A stretch of 54,380 nucleotides of DNA, from assembly GCA_045837725.1 (NCBI GenBank), contig JBEWZL010000232.1, positions 558,001 through 612,380 on the forward strand. The letters are read 5' to 3'. The notes under the pieces were generated by a model. The model made no database searches, was not told where the DNA came from, and saw only the letters and a list, made by a program, of their open reading frames with translations. A program made the position numbers and the translations under genes. Within the stretch, counting starts at the first letter, position 1; every line of letters starts with the position of its first letter. The stretch comes from Vermamoeba vermiformis. Taxonomy: Eukaryota. Shown here in pieces: positions 1 to 12,334 of this stretch.

Positions 1-2240
1 TTCGTTGATCTTAACTTGCAGCACATCGTTCAGCAAGGTAATAACGTTTACGAAATGCAAGGAACATTACTAAAGTTTCGTCAACACAGAATAAAGATCG
101 TATGATGAAAGAATTCCGAACATTGTTAGCAAATGGCAACGCATCAGATCGTGAAGCTGTGGTCGAAGCGCTATCGAGAATTGGAGTTGGTATTGGAGAC
201 CAAAAATCAAGCATTGAAGCAGACATTGAAGTGCTGTACGATCAAGTCGTTGAAGACTGCAAGAGAGATCGTGACGCGCACTTAGATATGCTGTTGAAAA
301 TGACTGAGTTCGAAGTTGAAGTGCTCGGTCCAAAGTTCTCGAAATACATTCCTTTCGTGCTTCCGTTGATCTTCGATAATGCGAGAATACCTGTCGTAGA
401 AGAGAAGACCGAAGGTAAAGCAGATTAGTGAAATTGCTTACTAATTATTTGATAGACATTGAAATGGATGATGGCGAAGAGGTGCCAAACTTCAGCAAAC
501 CAGTAAGCTTTAAGAACTCGTTGATCTATCACCAATTACTCAACTCTCTTAGGTCTTCTTAAAACAAGCCTCCGAAAGAAAAGACGCTGCGTTGGGAGCA
601 ATTCTAAATATGCTTAGACAGTTTGACCGCACCATGTTTTTGCCGATTCATGAAGATATCGGCGCAGCAGTTAGACATATTATTACGAATCTCGAGCAAA
701 ACGTTCATGGTACACACCCAATTTATGATAAACGAGAACTAACGTTCGGTTTAGAACAAGTTCGAATGGCAGGTGGTGTGTACAGCGAATACATTCAGAA
801 GTTATTTGAGAAAGGAGACCCAGAATGGTGCACGACTGAACGAATGATGGAGTACTGGCTGAACAGCTCCAGCATGTTTGTAGAGAGCATCGATAATATT
901 GATCTAATACAGACGAAATCTAGCTTTATGTTTCAACTTACTAAGGTACTTGTCTGATTGATCTAGAATACTTGGTGATTCCTTCATGATTAATTTCTTT
1001 ACTTAGATATTCAAACACTTATGTAAAGTCAGCACCCCTTCACAGCCGTTCTTGACTGACGCATTCATGCAAAGATTCACGGAGGAAACGTTCAGTGCAA
1101 TATGGTCACAATTCTATCGAGGTGAAGCACAAGGAATACCACCCGATGAGGTGCATGACTTCGGTTCGGAAGTAAGTCAATTCATAGTGTGCTCAAATTG
1201 ACAATAGAAATGTAGATTGTACATTTAATGGAAGCAGTATGTGCAACAAGTACAGACAAAGAGATATTTTGGAACTTCGCGGATCCAGTTTTACAAAGAA
1301 TCGCTGGAATATTCGAAGACCAAGGCCTTAATGAATATAGATGGTTTGACGCTTGTCTCATTTGCACTGTTTTCGATTATTTTGGCAATGAGTTTTTAAA
1401 CAACGACAGAGTAAGATCAACCACGCTGATTGTTGCATGCCGTTGGCTAACGTTTGATTTGTAGGCAGAGTACTTGCACTTAGTTGCGACCTGTAAAGAG
1501 GTTCAAACGAAAGAGATGTATCAGTGCCTTGCTAATTATTTAGGTACTTTAACAATATGAGCATAATTAATATAACTGACCGTATTTGGCAGGTGTAATG
1601 GCCCGAAAATATCCGAACCTTGTTCCTGTTCCGCTCCAGGAAGATGACGAGAACATTGATTGTAAGCTTTGCAATTGTTTACTCAACAGGTAGATTAACC
1701 CTTTGTTTTAGATCTTTTTAAGTACCTTGAGGACCTGTTGATCGGCGAAGAGTGCCAAAGAGATTCAGGACCAGCTGCCTACGACAATGCATTAAGTGCG
1801 TAATTGAGTAATTGAGTCGCTGATGTGCACAATAATCATTCCTGTTTAGTGGCTATGAGTGGTCTCGTGCTCTTTTTGGTGTCGCTTTACGAGCAGAATA
1901 CAAACAAAGAAAGTGACATAATTGGCCCACGTATCAAGACTCATTTTGCAACATTGACGAGTGCACTTCCTCCTGCTGATAATGGTGATCAAGAAGAAGC
2001 TTTGATTTGCATCACTCAGTACTGTCAGATTTTGGTCAAGTACGTCTCCGAACGTTAAAAAGCATGCAGGATCTAATTCGGTTTTTAAGGACTCAATTCT
2101 ATTTTCAAGATGAAAACGGTGCAGAACTCAAGCTTCGAGTGATTGATGCGCTTCAGCAAACGTTACAGATGTCTGCGTATGATACGCCTGAAGTGCACCA
2201 GATTGTCGATCCGGTACTGGAAACGCTCCGAGCACAATAA
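1..2240 (+). CDS. Importin-beta (importin-4/5, karyopherin-beta3)-like HEAT-repeat protein, copy A; 5' end outside window; multi-exon
   Basis: Spliced exons encode EALSRIGVGIG, LGPKFSKYIPFVLPLI, AYDNALS and LPPADNGDQEEA, which resemble C-terminal importin-5/4 HEAT motifs. Stop TAA at 2238-2240. Paralogous exon by exon to 4230-6769. Confidence 0.75.
201..271 (+). repeat. 71-bp exact duplicate of 4581-4651, shared by the two importin-like paralogues
   Basis: caaaaatcaagcattgaagcagac...gcaagagagatcg is identical at offset 4380, while flanking exons are clearly diverged. Confidence 0.9.
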
Positions 2241-2385
2241 GAGCGATTATTTAACACCTCAATTCAATTTGTACGTAATATGGAAGAATAAATGACCAGA
2301 ATTGTACTTGGCCTAAATTGCGATCCCGGCCGATCCATGCACAAAAAACTACCGGTCGTTGGTTTTCTTCTTTTATTTTCAATGA

Positions 2386-5300
2386 ATGGAGGAGCAGCAA
2401 CTCTACTTCGATAATTTGCCAACAGAGGCATTGTTTAGCTTCTTTTGTACATTAGATCCTTCCCTGCTTGGTAACGTAATTGATTCCAGTAAAATCTTAT
2501 GGTTATAATTTAAGGCGTAAAACATCAAAAAAATGCGCACCATTAAAATAGAAATATTATAATTAATTCAAAATATTTTAGGAACGTACAGCACGGTTTG
2601 CAAAAAATGGGCACAGATGTGCAGAGACAACGAGCTGTGGAGGCAGTATTGCATCGAAAGATGGGACAAAAATCCAAAAGAATCAGATTGTGCAAAGAAC
2701 TGGCTTATTCCTGTTCGTGAAGGCGGTAAGAGGAGATGTCATTTCGCCTATCAAATTTTGAATAACATTAAATAGGCGGCTCCAAAGAAAATCGAATAGA
2801 TTGGAGGAGATGTTATTTGCTACGGTAAGTAATATGTCAACTAATTGACGCTGTGTCTTATTTCAGTTTGCCAGATCGTTCCATGATAAGGGCGCGAAAT
2901 TCTTTCAACTCGTTCCTGAAAAGAAACAACGACTCGGATTCTTAAAAAGAAAAAACAACAAAAAATTGCAAGCAAACGGCAACGATTTGTTCGCGAAAGG
3001 TTGGCCCGTCATTGACGATCTTGCCAGATTCGAAAAGAAGGTCCAAACTGCTATTACAAAAATAGAATTAGAAGAAGATACTGAACCCCATGATATGCCT
3101 GATTATGTGGCACTTATGGATCTTTTTTTGGAGTTGGAGCTGTTAATCTTGCGTCAGATCAACATCTCGCGGATCAAGTTTCTCGGATGTGCTGGCAGAT
3201 TTTTAGAATACGTAGCTCCGTTATTGAGGAACTTTCCAAATTATGTTCCTTCAAGGTAATTACCTCTGAATTCTCGTAAGCCTGATCCGTTTTTAATCCT
3301 TCCCTGTAGACTTGCTAGTTTTGCTGCTCAATTTTCCAAATTAGCGGCAGAAAAAGATATTCCAACTGAAGTGTCTCTCCGGCTAATGGAACAAGTTGCT
3401 CTTATATACATCGACTTAATCAGCAACGTTATCTTGCCGACTGATTTTACAGCGTCGCTTACTCACTTTATCTCCGTAATTATTTCAATTATCGCACGCA
3501 TCCTGCAAGATTCAATTGTAAGTGTTGCTATTAGCATTAGTATTAAACTTGACAAGTTTAATACTAATAACGACCATTTAGAAACAATGGGCCAACGAAG
3601 ACTGTAACGAACGGCCGGTTTCAGTTTCACCAACGCAAGAGTTTGAAGCGATCCTGCACAGTCTTAGCTTGGCGTTAGGTACAAATTTTATATAATGCTT
3701 ACAATCGATTTTTCTAATCAATTTGAATAGAAAATAAGCAGGACCTTGGAATGCAACTGTTTCTTGTTGCCACGCAAATGGTACTTGACCAATCAGGAGT
3801 ACAAAACACGAGCTCCGTAATCTTGCCTGTAGCAGTGTTAGCTGCTGTTGCGAGAGGTTTTGCTGGTCACATCGGAAGCAACTCCAAAAAGTTCATGGAG
3901 AAGTACGACAAAAACTCGATGAACGTTGTCAATTGTCTTATATTGTTATTATAGCCACATCTTGCCTTTTTGGAAGCCCAGCACTGACGCCGAGTACTTA
4001 GTGCCAGCGTTGTATTATTTTTCTCAACTGTTAAGCGAAGTTGGTGAAACGGTAAGTCCGCTTTTGATAACACAATGTAAGTCTTAATAATCCCTGGTAG
4101 AGTATTCAAACCAACTACGTAGCTGAAATCATTCAACCGCTGCTGACAGTGGCTAAGCACGAAAATCACAAGTAAGGCGTTGCAAAGATGACACTTTTTA
4201 TTCACAATTTTTAACTTTGTGGATCTAGTGTGCAGCGTGAAGTCGCCGATTTTGTCATTGGTTATTGCTCGAACTTGCTCAATAAGGAAGTGCTAGTGCC
4301 CTATTTAAACGATCTGTTGGATATCATGTACGGCTACTGCGGCAGCAAGAACGTGTCTGTTCGTAAGGAGGCTGTCATCGCCATCAGTTCGCTCATTATC
4401 ACGTGCCAGACTGTATTCGCAAAGGTACATGGCTATACTAATCGATGTTACCCTGACACTTTAATACAGCATAAAGATCGTATCATGACGGAGTTCAAAA
4501 AGTTGCTGGCAAACGGCGATGCATCTGATCGCAAGTCAGTCATCGAAGCACTATCCAGAATTGGAGCTGGTATTGGAGATCAAAAATCAAGCATTGAAGC
4601 AGACATTGAAGTGCTGTACGATCAAGTCGTTGAAGACTGCAAGAGAGATCGAGATGCGTACATTGATTTGTTGTTGAAAATGACCGAGTTTGGTATCGTT
4701 GCGCTCGGTCCCAAGTTTGCAAAGCACATACCCTTCGTGTTTCCTTTGCTCATCGAAAATGCAAGACTGCAAGAGATCGAACGAAGGGATACGGAAGAAG
4801 AAGAACAACAATCTCAAGGTGGGAGAGAAGCAATCATTAAACTGCAATTATTAGTGATTAACTAATTTGTTGGTAGCGGCAGATCTCATGGACGTGGAAG
4901 AAGGTGACGATGACGAAGACGCTGAGACGCCTCCAGACGTTGTAAGATTATATTACTTGACCTACGATAAACTAATTAGTCAATTTCAGCACATCTCCGG
5001 ACAAGCTATTGGCCGCAAAGACTCAGCATTAGCGTCGCTGCTCCAAATCATCAACACGTTTGACCGTGCAGCATTCTTGGCCGTTCACGAAGAAATTTGT
5101 GCAGCACTTCAATACACATTAGCACATCAGCTGCAGAACACTGCCAGTAAGATATTACTAACCACCAATCATTGAATTGTAACATTATTCACTCTTGCCT
5201 TATTTAGAAACCCTCAGATTTGCTCGCGAGATCTTTACGGAATACATCCGAAAGTTGTTCACGAAAGGCGATCCAGAATGGTGCAAGTCTGACCGCATGT

Positions 5301-6769
5301 GGGTGTACTGGCTGAATAGCGCCAATATGTTCATTGAATATATGGAGGACTCCAATTCTGTTCAGCTTAACGTGCAATGCGTCTTTAGCATTAATCAGGT
5401 AATTAAGTCACCGTCATGATGATTTGCTAGTATACATATTATGACATTTACATCACAAACTATACTGATGTCAGTACTCCCGAGCAACCGTTCTTGACCG
5501 AACAGCTTATGGAACACTTTACTGAGGTGGTGTTTAGTTCATTGTGCGGCCAATACTACCAAGCCGAAGAAGAACGAATTCCTTTTGAAGAGATTTACGA
5601 CCTCGGATCTGAAGTAAGTACTATTGAAAAACGAAATTTTTGCGACTTAAATTATTAATTATATTACGCAGATTATTGATCTAATGGAGTCCATGTGCAT
5701 CGCAAACAAGGACAAAGAATCATTTTGGAAGTTTGGCGATGCAGTTTTGGGAGAGATTCCGATGGTGTTCGAAGTCAACGGCATCGATCAGTACCGCTGG
5801 TTCGATGTTTGTCTCATTTGCACAGTCTTCGATCATTTTGGCTATGAGTTTGCGGAAGGTGACAGAGTAAGTCTTGAAAACAATCACTCGATTTAGTAGC
5901 CTAGCTTAATAATGAACCCTTTTTTTTTTGTGACAGATTACCCTGCTGAACCTGGTCGTCGAATGTCGTGGCATTCAAACGAAAGAAATGTACCAATGCC
6001 TCGCCAATCACATAGGTACTCATTCATAATCATTTATATTCACTAAGTATATCATTGACTGAATGGTTCTTTGACAGGTGTCATGGCCAGAAAATTCCCC
6101 GAGCTTCTTCCGAAACAAACCAATAATATCGATCGTAAGAGCCTTCATTTTAATGAGATGTATCACTAATCTATTGTTATTATAGACCTCTGCAACTACG
6201 TGGTGCATTTGTTGATTGGTGACAACTGTCAAAGAGAAGCAGCTCCAGGTGCTTATGACAATGCATTGAGTACGTCCCCAACTAATAATCGCATAATTTT
6301 TTACTAATCACCTTTTTGTATAATATTTGTTACTAATTACTGTTTTAGTGGCCCTGAGTTGTCTCGTATTCCATACGGCAGCACTTTACGAGAGATCGAC
6401 GGACGCTACGCACCGTGCAATACTTCGTGAACGTCTTGTGACGCACATGACTAATTTGACAAGCGCATTGCCCCCTGCTGCTGTGGACGGTGATAAGATT
6501 GAAGCCGATATTTGCATTGATTATTACTGCCAGACCTTGGCAAAGTATGCACCATTAATTTTATTTTGTTAACCAAACCTCGGCCCAAACAATCGTACTA
6601 ACGCCTTGTCTGTTGTAATAGGACGCAAGTGTATTTCGAAGGTGAGGATGGTGCAGCGCTCAAGAACGATGTGATTCGTGCGTTGAAAGAATCGATGGAA
6701 ATGCCCGATTATAATCACCCTGATACGCACAAAATAGTCGATCCTTTGTTAAAACTGTTACAAGCGTAA
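2386..6769 (+). CDS. F-box + importin-beta(4/5)-like HEAT-repeat protein, copy B; multi-exon
   Basis: Exons 2386-2470 and 2582-2726 splice to FDNLPTEALFSFFCTLDPSLLGTYSTVCKKWAQMCRDNELWRQYCIERW, a clear F-box. Later exons give VRKEAVIAISSL, EALSRIGAGIG, LGPKFAKHIPFVFPLL, an acidic loop EEGDDDED and AYDNALS. Ends DPLLKLLQA* at 6767-6769. Confidence 0.72.
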
Positions 6770-7016
6770 TATTACGTGTCGGAAGTAAACATCTAGCGCG
6801 ATATTTTCAAATTGCTCAGCTGTGCGTCATTACACTTTCTAATGTTATTTCTCTTTGGTCGGATCCGAATTGAGTTAAAAAACCAAATTCCTAGTCGTAG
6901 AATGTCTAACTTAGCTATCAATTAACCATGAATTACTTCATTTCGTGGCTTTGTTTTTTTTATTTACATGTCTCAAACATAAAGTATGAAGGTACGACGA
7001 AGCAACAAATCTGTTA

Positions 7017-9695
7017 TTATTTGAAAGATATTTGCTGCTTAAATTCCTCGATCCAAGGCTGCACATGGAACAAATTTACACTACGCAGCTTTTTCTGCAA
7101 GACGGAAGCAGGTGCTAAGCGCATCAATGTCTCGCGGATCTTGATTAAAGTCGGGTTAGTCCACTGTCCAATCTTCGACTGTTGATAAGACTCGTTTGCG
7201 ATCTTGGTGGTGTGTGGATGTCGCGTTTTAAAGTACTGGTAAAACGCTTCTTGATGACCGTCCTTTTCATAATGGTAGTATTTTGCCAATAAATTCGACA
7301 ATACAAATACGTCTTCAATAGACATATTGGCTCCTATTGTACAATAAAAATTAGTGAGCTGAAAATTGCGAATCCGATCGGATGTGCTTTACCTTGCCCC
7401 ATGTTCGGTGTGACAGGATGTGCAGCATCACCCACTAGTACTACTCGCTCGCTGCACCATTTGTTCGATGGAATTCGATCAAGAATTGGATGCACGTACA
7501 AGGAAGACGGATCCGTGCTTTGGAAGAGCAGGTTGAGCGGATGTGGCCAGCTTGAAGGTGCATTTGGATTGGGCTCGGGCGTAGGCGACTTGACTTTAAT
7601 CCACCAAAATCCTTTCGATTGCGTCTGGTCGATTAAGCCCCATGAAGCTCTAATTCCATCACCGTAGAAAATAGTCATCGCCGCTGGTTTCCTTCTTTCA
7701 TTTTCCAAAAATAACGATGAAATTTCGCTGTTTGATTTCAAATCGCATACGCCTCGATAACAGAGCTCACCACAATATCTGCTAGCTTCGTCGACTTCAC
7801 CTTTCGCGGATCTGATAATGTTTCGGCAAAGCGAGTTGATGCCGTCAGCTCCGACGACTATTCTTCCTCGAATCATCTTCTTTTCGTCATTATTGTTATT
7901 TGCAGGTGTGTTGTAGATGATGTAGTCGGAGTATTTAGACTTTGGTTTTTCGACCGTGGATTCGAGGTGAACTGTGACGCCAGTAGCATCTTCTTCGATA
8001 TTTTCGATCTTTGTAGAGTACCTATAAAATTGAGGCATTAATATCGTCACTCTTCGAAAACCTGGCGGATCTAGATCCCGCAAAAAAAATTCAAATTTTT
8101 GGGGCTTACATTATTCGCGAGGGATCAACCAAGCCGTGCAAGACGTCCATAAGCTCTTGTCGCCCAATTAATCTGAAACATTCGCCGGTTCCCTTGACCA
8201 CTTGATTCATGTCCACTAACTTCATCACGTCTTCTTTTTTGCCCTCGTGCACTGATTGGTCGTGCAGTTTGGTCATGTAAACTCGGCGCACAGGGTACGA
8301 CTTGGTTCGCCAGAATGAATCGGGAATGCCTAGTGCTTGTAGTATCTTTATGCTTGAAGGCCAAAGACCCAGATCCGCTCCGTCTTCGTGGGACTCTTTC
8401 GACTTCTTTTCTACGATGATGAACGGAATGCCTAGTCTTTGCAAACATGCAGCCAGTACCAAGCCAGAGACGCCACCGCCGGCAATAATAACTTGATCTT
8501 TTTCTTCAAAACTGCGTTCTTGGTTTTGTTTCGGGTATAAAATGAACGGTGGGGGAGACTTGCCTAGCAACACGTTGTAAATGTAGGGATAAATGACCAA
8601 GCAGCGTAGTTGAAAATCGAGCGAGAAGATATGTCCAAATATGGAAGGCGCTGTAAAGATCTCTCGTACGAAGCAGTCAACAAATATCACGACCAATGGG
8701 AGCGGAGCGTGCTTCAGTGAACGGAAGACCAAGTGATTGATGTGGTAGGGTCTGTCAGCGGCCAATAAATCACGTGATATCGATAGACCAGGCACAGCGG
8801 TCACGAGCACACCAATGAGTGTCCAAATGTCGACCGGATCTGACGGACTGCGCCAAAAATAGATCACGATGCTGCTGAGGTAGGCCAATACCATCGTCAC
8901 CGCGTGCAATCTGGCAGTTCTTTTGTCGCCCAAAATGACCGGCAAAGTGATCTTGCCAGCCAGCCAATCAGATCTTCTGTCTGCCATGTTCAGCACCAAA
9001 AACAGCGCAAATTTCACGAGTGCGGCAGGCACGACCAACATGGCCAATCTGGGCAGGTAGAAGTACAAGTTCCACGGGAAAGACGGCGTCTCGTAGATGA
9101 TAGTTGAGGCCAATACGGCTGCAAAGTAGGGCAGTAAGACGTTCATGACCAGTGCCGCGCTCAATTCGCCGAGTGCGCGGTGGTTGAATCTGAACGGGAT
9201 ACCGCTGTACTGCGTGGCTAAAAATACCATGCAATAGCCCACTAAGTGAACCTTTGCCGGGAGGACGAACTTCAATGTGGCTAATGATAATACACAGCAC
9301 GACCAACCGAGAATTAGGCACCTAAAGAGACTCGTGTCAGATCCGTCAAAAAAAATTCCAGTAAAATTCTAAAATAAAGGTAAGAATATTCTTAATTACC
9401 TCTTGGGACTATAACCGTTATCTACTAATACTCTACTGCCTCCAGTAAATGGGGAGCCTTGTTTGTTGAGTTGATCTGCTTTGAAGTCGTAATACTCGCC
9501 CAAGAAGTGCGCTGATAACTGACATAATAATACAAAAATCCATCCATATAAAAATTGAGAAATATTTAACGTATCGCTGTGATCATAGTGCATTTCCAAT
9601 GAGTAGGCAACGCTGTAAGTGACTGCTGAAAATACGGTCATCTTCAGACGGCCTAATTTGACCAATAAATTAAGCTCTCGTTTAAGGAGCTCCAT
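7017..9695 (-). CDS. UbiA/MenA-like membrane prenyltransferase fused to a group A FAD-dependent monooxygenase; about 4 exons
   Basis: UbiA motifs HFLGEYYDFKADQLN..GGSRVLV and LNMADRRSDWLAGKITLPVILG plus many TM segments. The same uninterrupted ORF (8106-9275) continues into IIAGGGVSGLVLA...VEK, and later exons give VVGADGINS and LVGDAAHPVTPNMGQG. Confidence 0.85.
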
Positions 9696-10177
9696 GAGTG
9701 ACGCTATTTGCCTGAAAGAAACAAAAATGGTAAGAAATGAAAAATCAAAAATATTTTGTGGCACGTTGATTCAGCAATAAGGATAAATATTATTAACCCC
9801 GAGCGTTTAATATTATCATTCGAATTATTTGACAAACCAATGACACGGATCAAGCAAGATAACTTACTTGAGGGAAGTGTGCGTTTGCTGGATGATTGTT
9901 GCGTCAACTATCGTACAAAACTTATTATTGCTTGGGAGCCATTGCCGTGGCGAAATAGGTTTCCGCTCCGCGTTGTTGGCGATCTGAAGCAAAAAGTCGA
10001 AAATTGACGGGATTTTCGGATTTTTAGTTTCAAGCTATTTTCCATTTTGAAGAACAACGACTGGTTTCGCTAATGAAACGTTTGCCAGATATTCGATATT
10101 ATGGAGAACAAGAAAGTAAGTTGAATTGAATTTTTTAGATTGTTTTAATGTAACGTGATTAGCAACGACAGCCACAG

Positions 10178-11855
10178 ATGACTAAGAAACAACCGGCAAA
10201 AAAAGTATCGCCCTCGGTACTTCCTAAAATATATTTGTCAATTATAGTGGCTATCATCGCAGCATTCTTCTACACAGATGACATCCGCCACTCAAGCGCT
10301 TTTTCCAACATTTCAAAGCCTGTAATCCCTGTTCTGTCTCAGGCCTCGAGTCACCCAATTATTCAACAAATATTCCAGTTTTTTTCAAGCCTGCTTCCCG
10401 CATCTAAAGCGAGATCTGCTCCTGTCGAAGAGTATTCGTTGCTGGAACTTTTTGCAAACAACTCGATGGCCTGGGATATAAGTACAACGCCCATACCCAT
10501 CTCCGCACCTTCAGTAATTTTGAAGTCTATTTTGGCCAAAGAAATGGACAAGATCCCGGTGGAACTGAAAAATCTTGCGAAGCAAGACACGGTCTCCGTA
10601 GACATCGTACGCCAATACATCAACAAGCAAAGATTTCACAAACTCACGGAATTATGCGGAGGACAAAACGAGCAACTGTGCCGCAAACGGATCAACAAAG
10701 CAGATCCTGAATTTGGCATAACTCCTTTGCACATGGCTCACGGACTTGGTGATCAACAGGCCATCGAGTACTTGAAGTACCTCGGTGCAGATGCTAATCT
10801 CTTCGATAACGCTGGTCGCAAGCCGATGAACTTAACTTTTGGATCGTTCATCAAGAACTCCAAGAAGTTTGCCCGCTTGGCTGGAAGAACTGATTGCGAC
10901 TTCCCTGTCGTCGATGCAAGTTCTCCTAATGCCTTCAAAGAGATTAGAAGACTAGTGAACGAAGGCGAACCGGTTTTGATTCGCAAAGGATTGTCGTTGC
11001 TGGATGGAGGCAAAGAACTCGCAAATCTGGATCTGGAGAAACTCGTCAAGCAATATGGTGATTCTAAAGTGACAGTTGGAGAAGTACCCTATGCCAACGT
11101 CTTCAAATTGGACCACTCAATCAGCACCTTGAAAGATTATTACAATCATCACGTACTTACTAAATCCGACGCACCTCTTTACATTTTCCAAAAGAACAAC
11201 GATATAACCGAAAGCGGATTACGCGCGCTTGGAGATCTCGTCACGAAGGCATTCCCCTCGCCCAATTTAATATGCCCGGTGGAGTACGACAATACCGGTT
11301 TGGACAGCATCCACTTCTTTTGGGGCAGCAAAAACAGCGGCGCACCTTTGCATATTCACGCCGACGCTATTAATTTGGTCGTGCATGGCGAGAAGAAGTG
11401 GTTTGTCTATCCTCCCTTGCAATCCTTGTACAGTCGCAAGCATATTTCGAGATGGTTGGCTGAAGACTACGTGCATATGAGCGATGATGAGAAACCTATT
11501 GAATGCATCCAAAGAGCTGGTAAGAATTAACAAATTTTGAATTCTGATTTCAGGATTGAAAAATAATCAAAATTTGGGATCGGAACGGTCTCCGAAAAAT
11601 TGTGCACTTTTTTTTGGCTCGAGACAAAGATAGATATTAATATTATTAACTTCGCAGTATTATTTATCATTGCTATTCACTAAAGTTAAATTACTTACTG
11701 TCATTTGTATAGGCGACATTATTTACGTGCCTTTTGACTGGAGTCACGCCGTTCTGAACACCGAGCAAACTTTTGGCTACGCACTTGAACTGCTCAACAG
11801 ACGAGAAGTTATGGCGAGCTTGCCACGTCTTTATCGCTCTTGTTCTAAGCAGTAG
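10178..11855 (+). CDS. Membrane-anchored ankyrin + JmjC (cupin-like, HxH type) 2OG/Fe(II) oxygenase; 2 exons
   Basis: N-terminal hydrophobic anchor; ankyrin-like FGITPLHMAH..AIEYLKYLGAD; JmjC motifs GSKNSGAPLHIHAD, GEKKWFVYPP and CIQRAG|DIIYVPFDWSHAVLN across an intron at about 11520-11712. Confidence 0.85.
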
Positions 11856-12334
11856 ATCTGGTTGACATTTTGGATATGAAACTACTGTAGTTAACTCTAA
11901 CGATTATGTCAATATTATTCATGTAAATATAAGCTACTATTATCATACGTATTGCACATAACGTATGGATCACTTACGCTTCGATTTTGCTATTCGGATG
12001 GATAGCGCGGATCAGACTTCGTCTCGTTGCGGCTTATCGAAATGCTACAAATATTCCCGCAACCGATCGCTCATGATATGTGGTGGGTAACGGATCAGAT
12101 TTATCATTTGTGAAGTTGGGGTAAGAATAGAACGTGACCAGAATCAGTTTTCCATAGAGTCGGACAATCACCGCTCGGATGCACAACAAAATTTAACGAG
12201 AGTTTTTGACACAAACTCAATAGCAACTGAATAGAACAACACACGAGATACTCAAAAAGTATTCAATTGTTGATTCAATCGAGGTTGTGTTGCAATGTTG
12301 TAAATTAGACGTGTAGAATTGGATTGAAAGTCGG

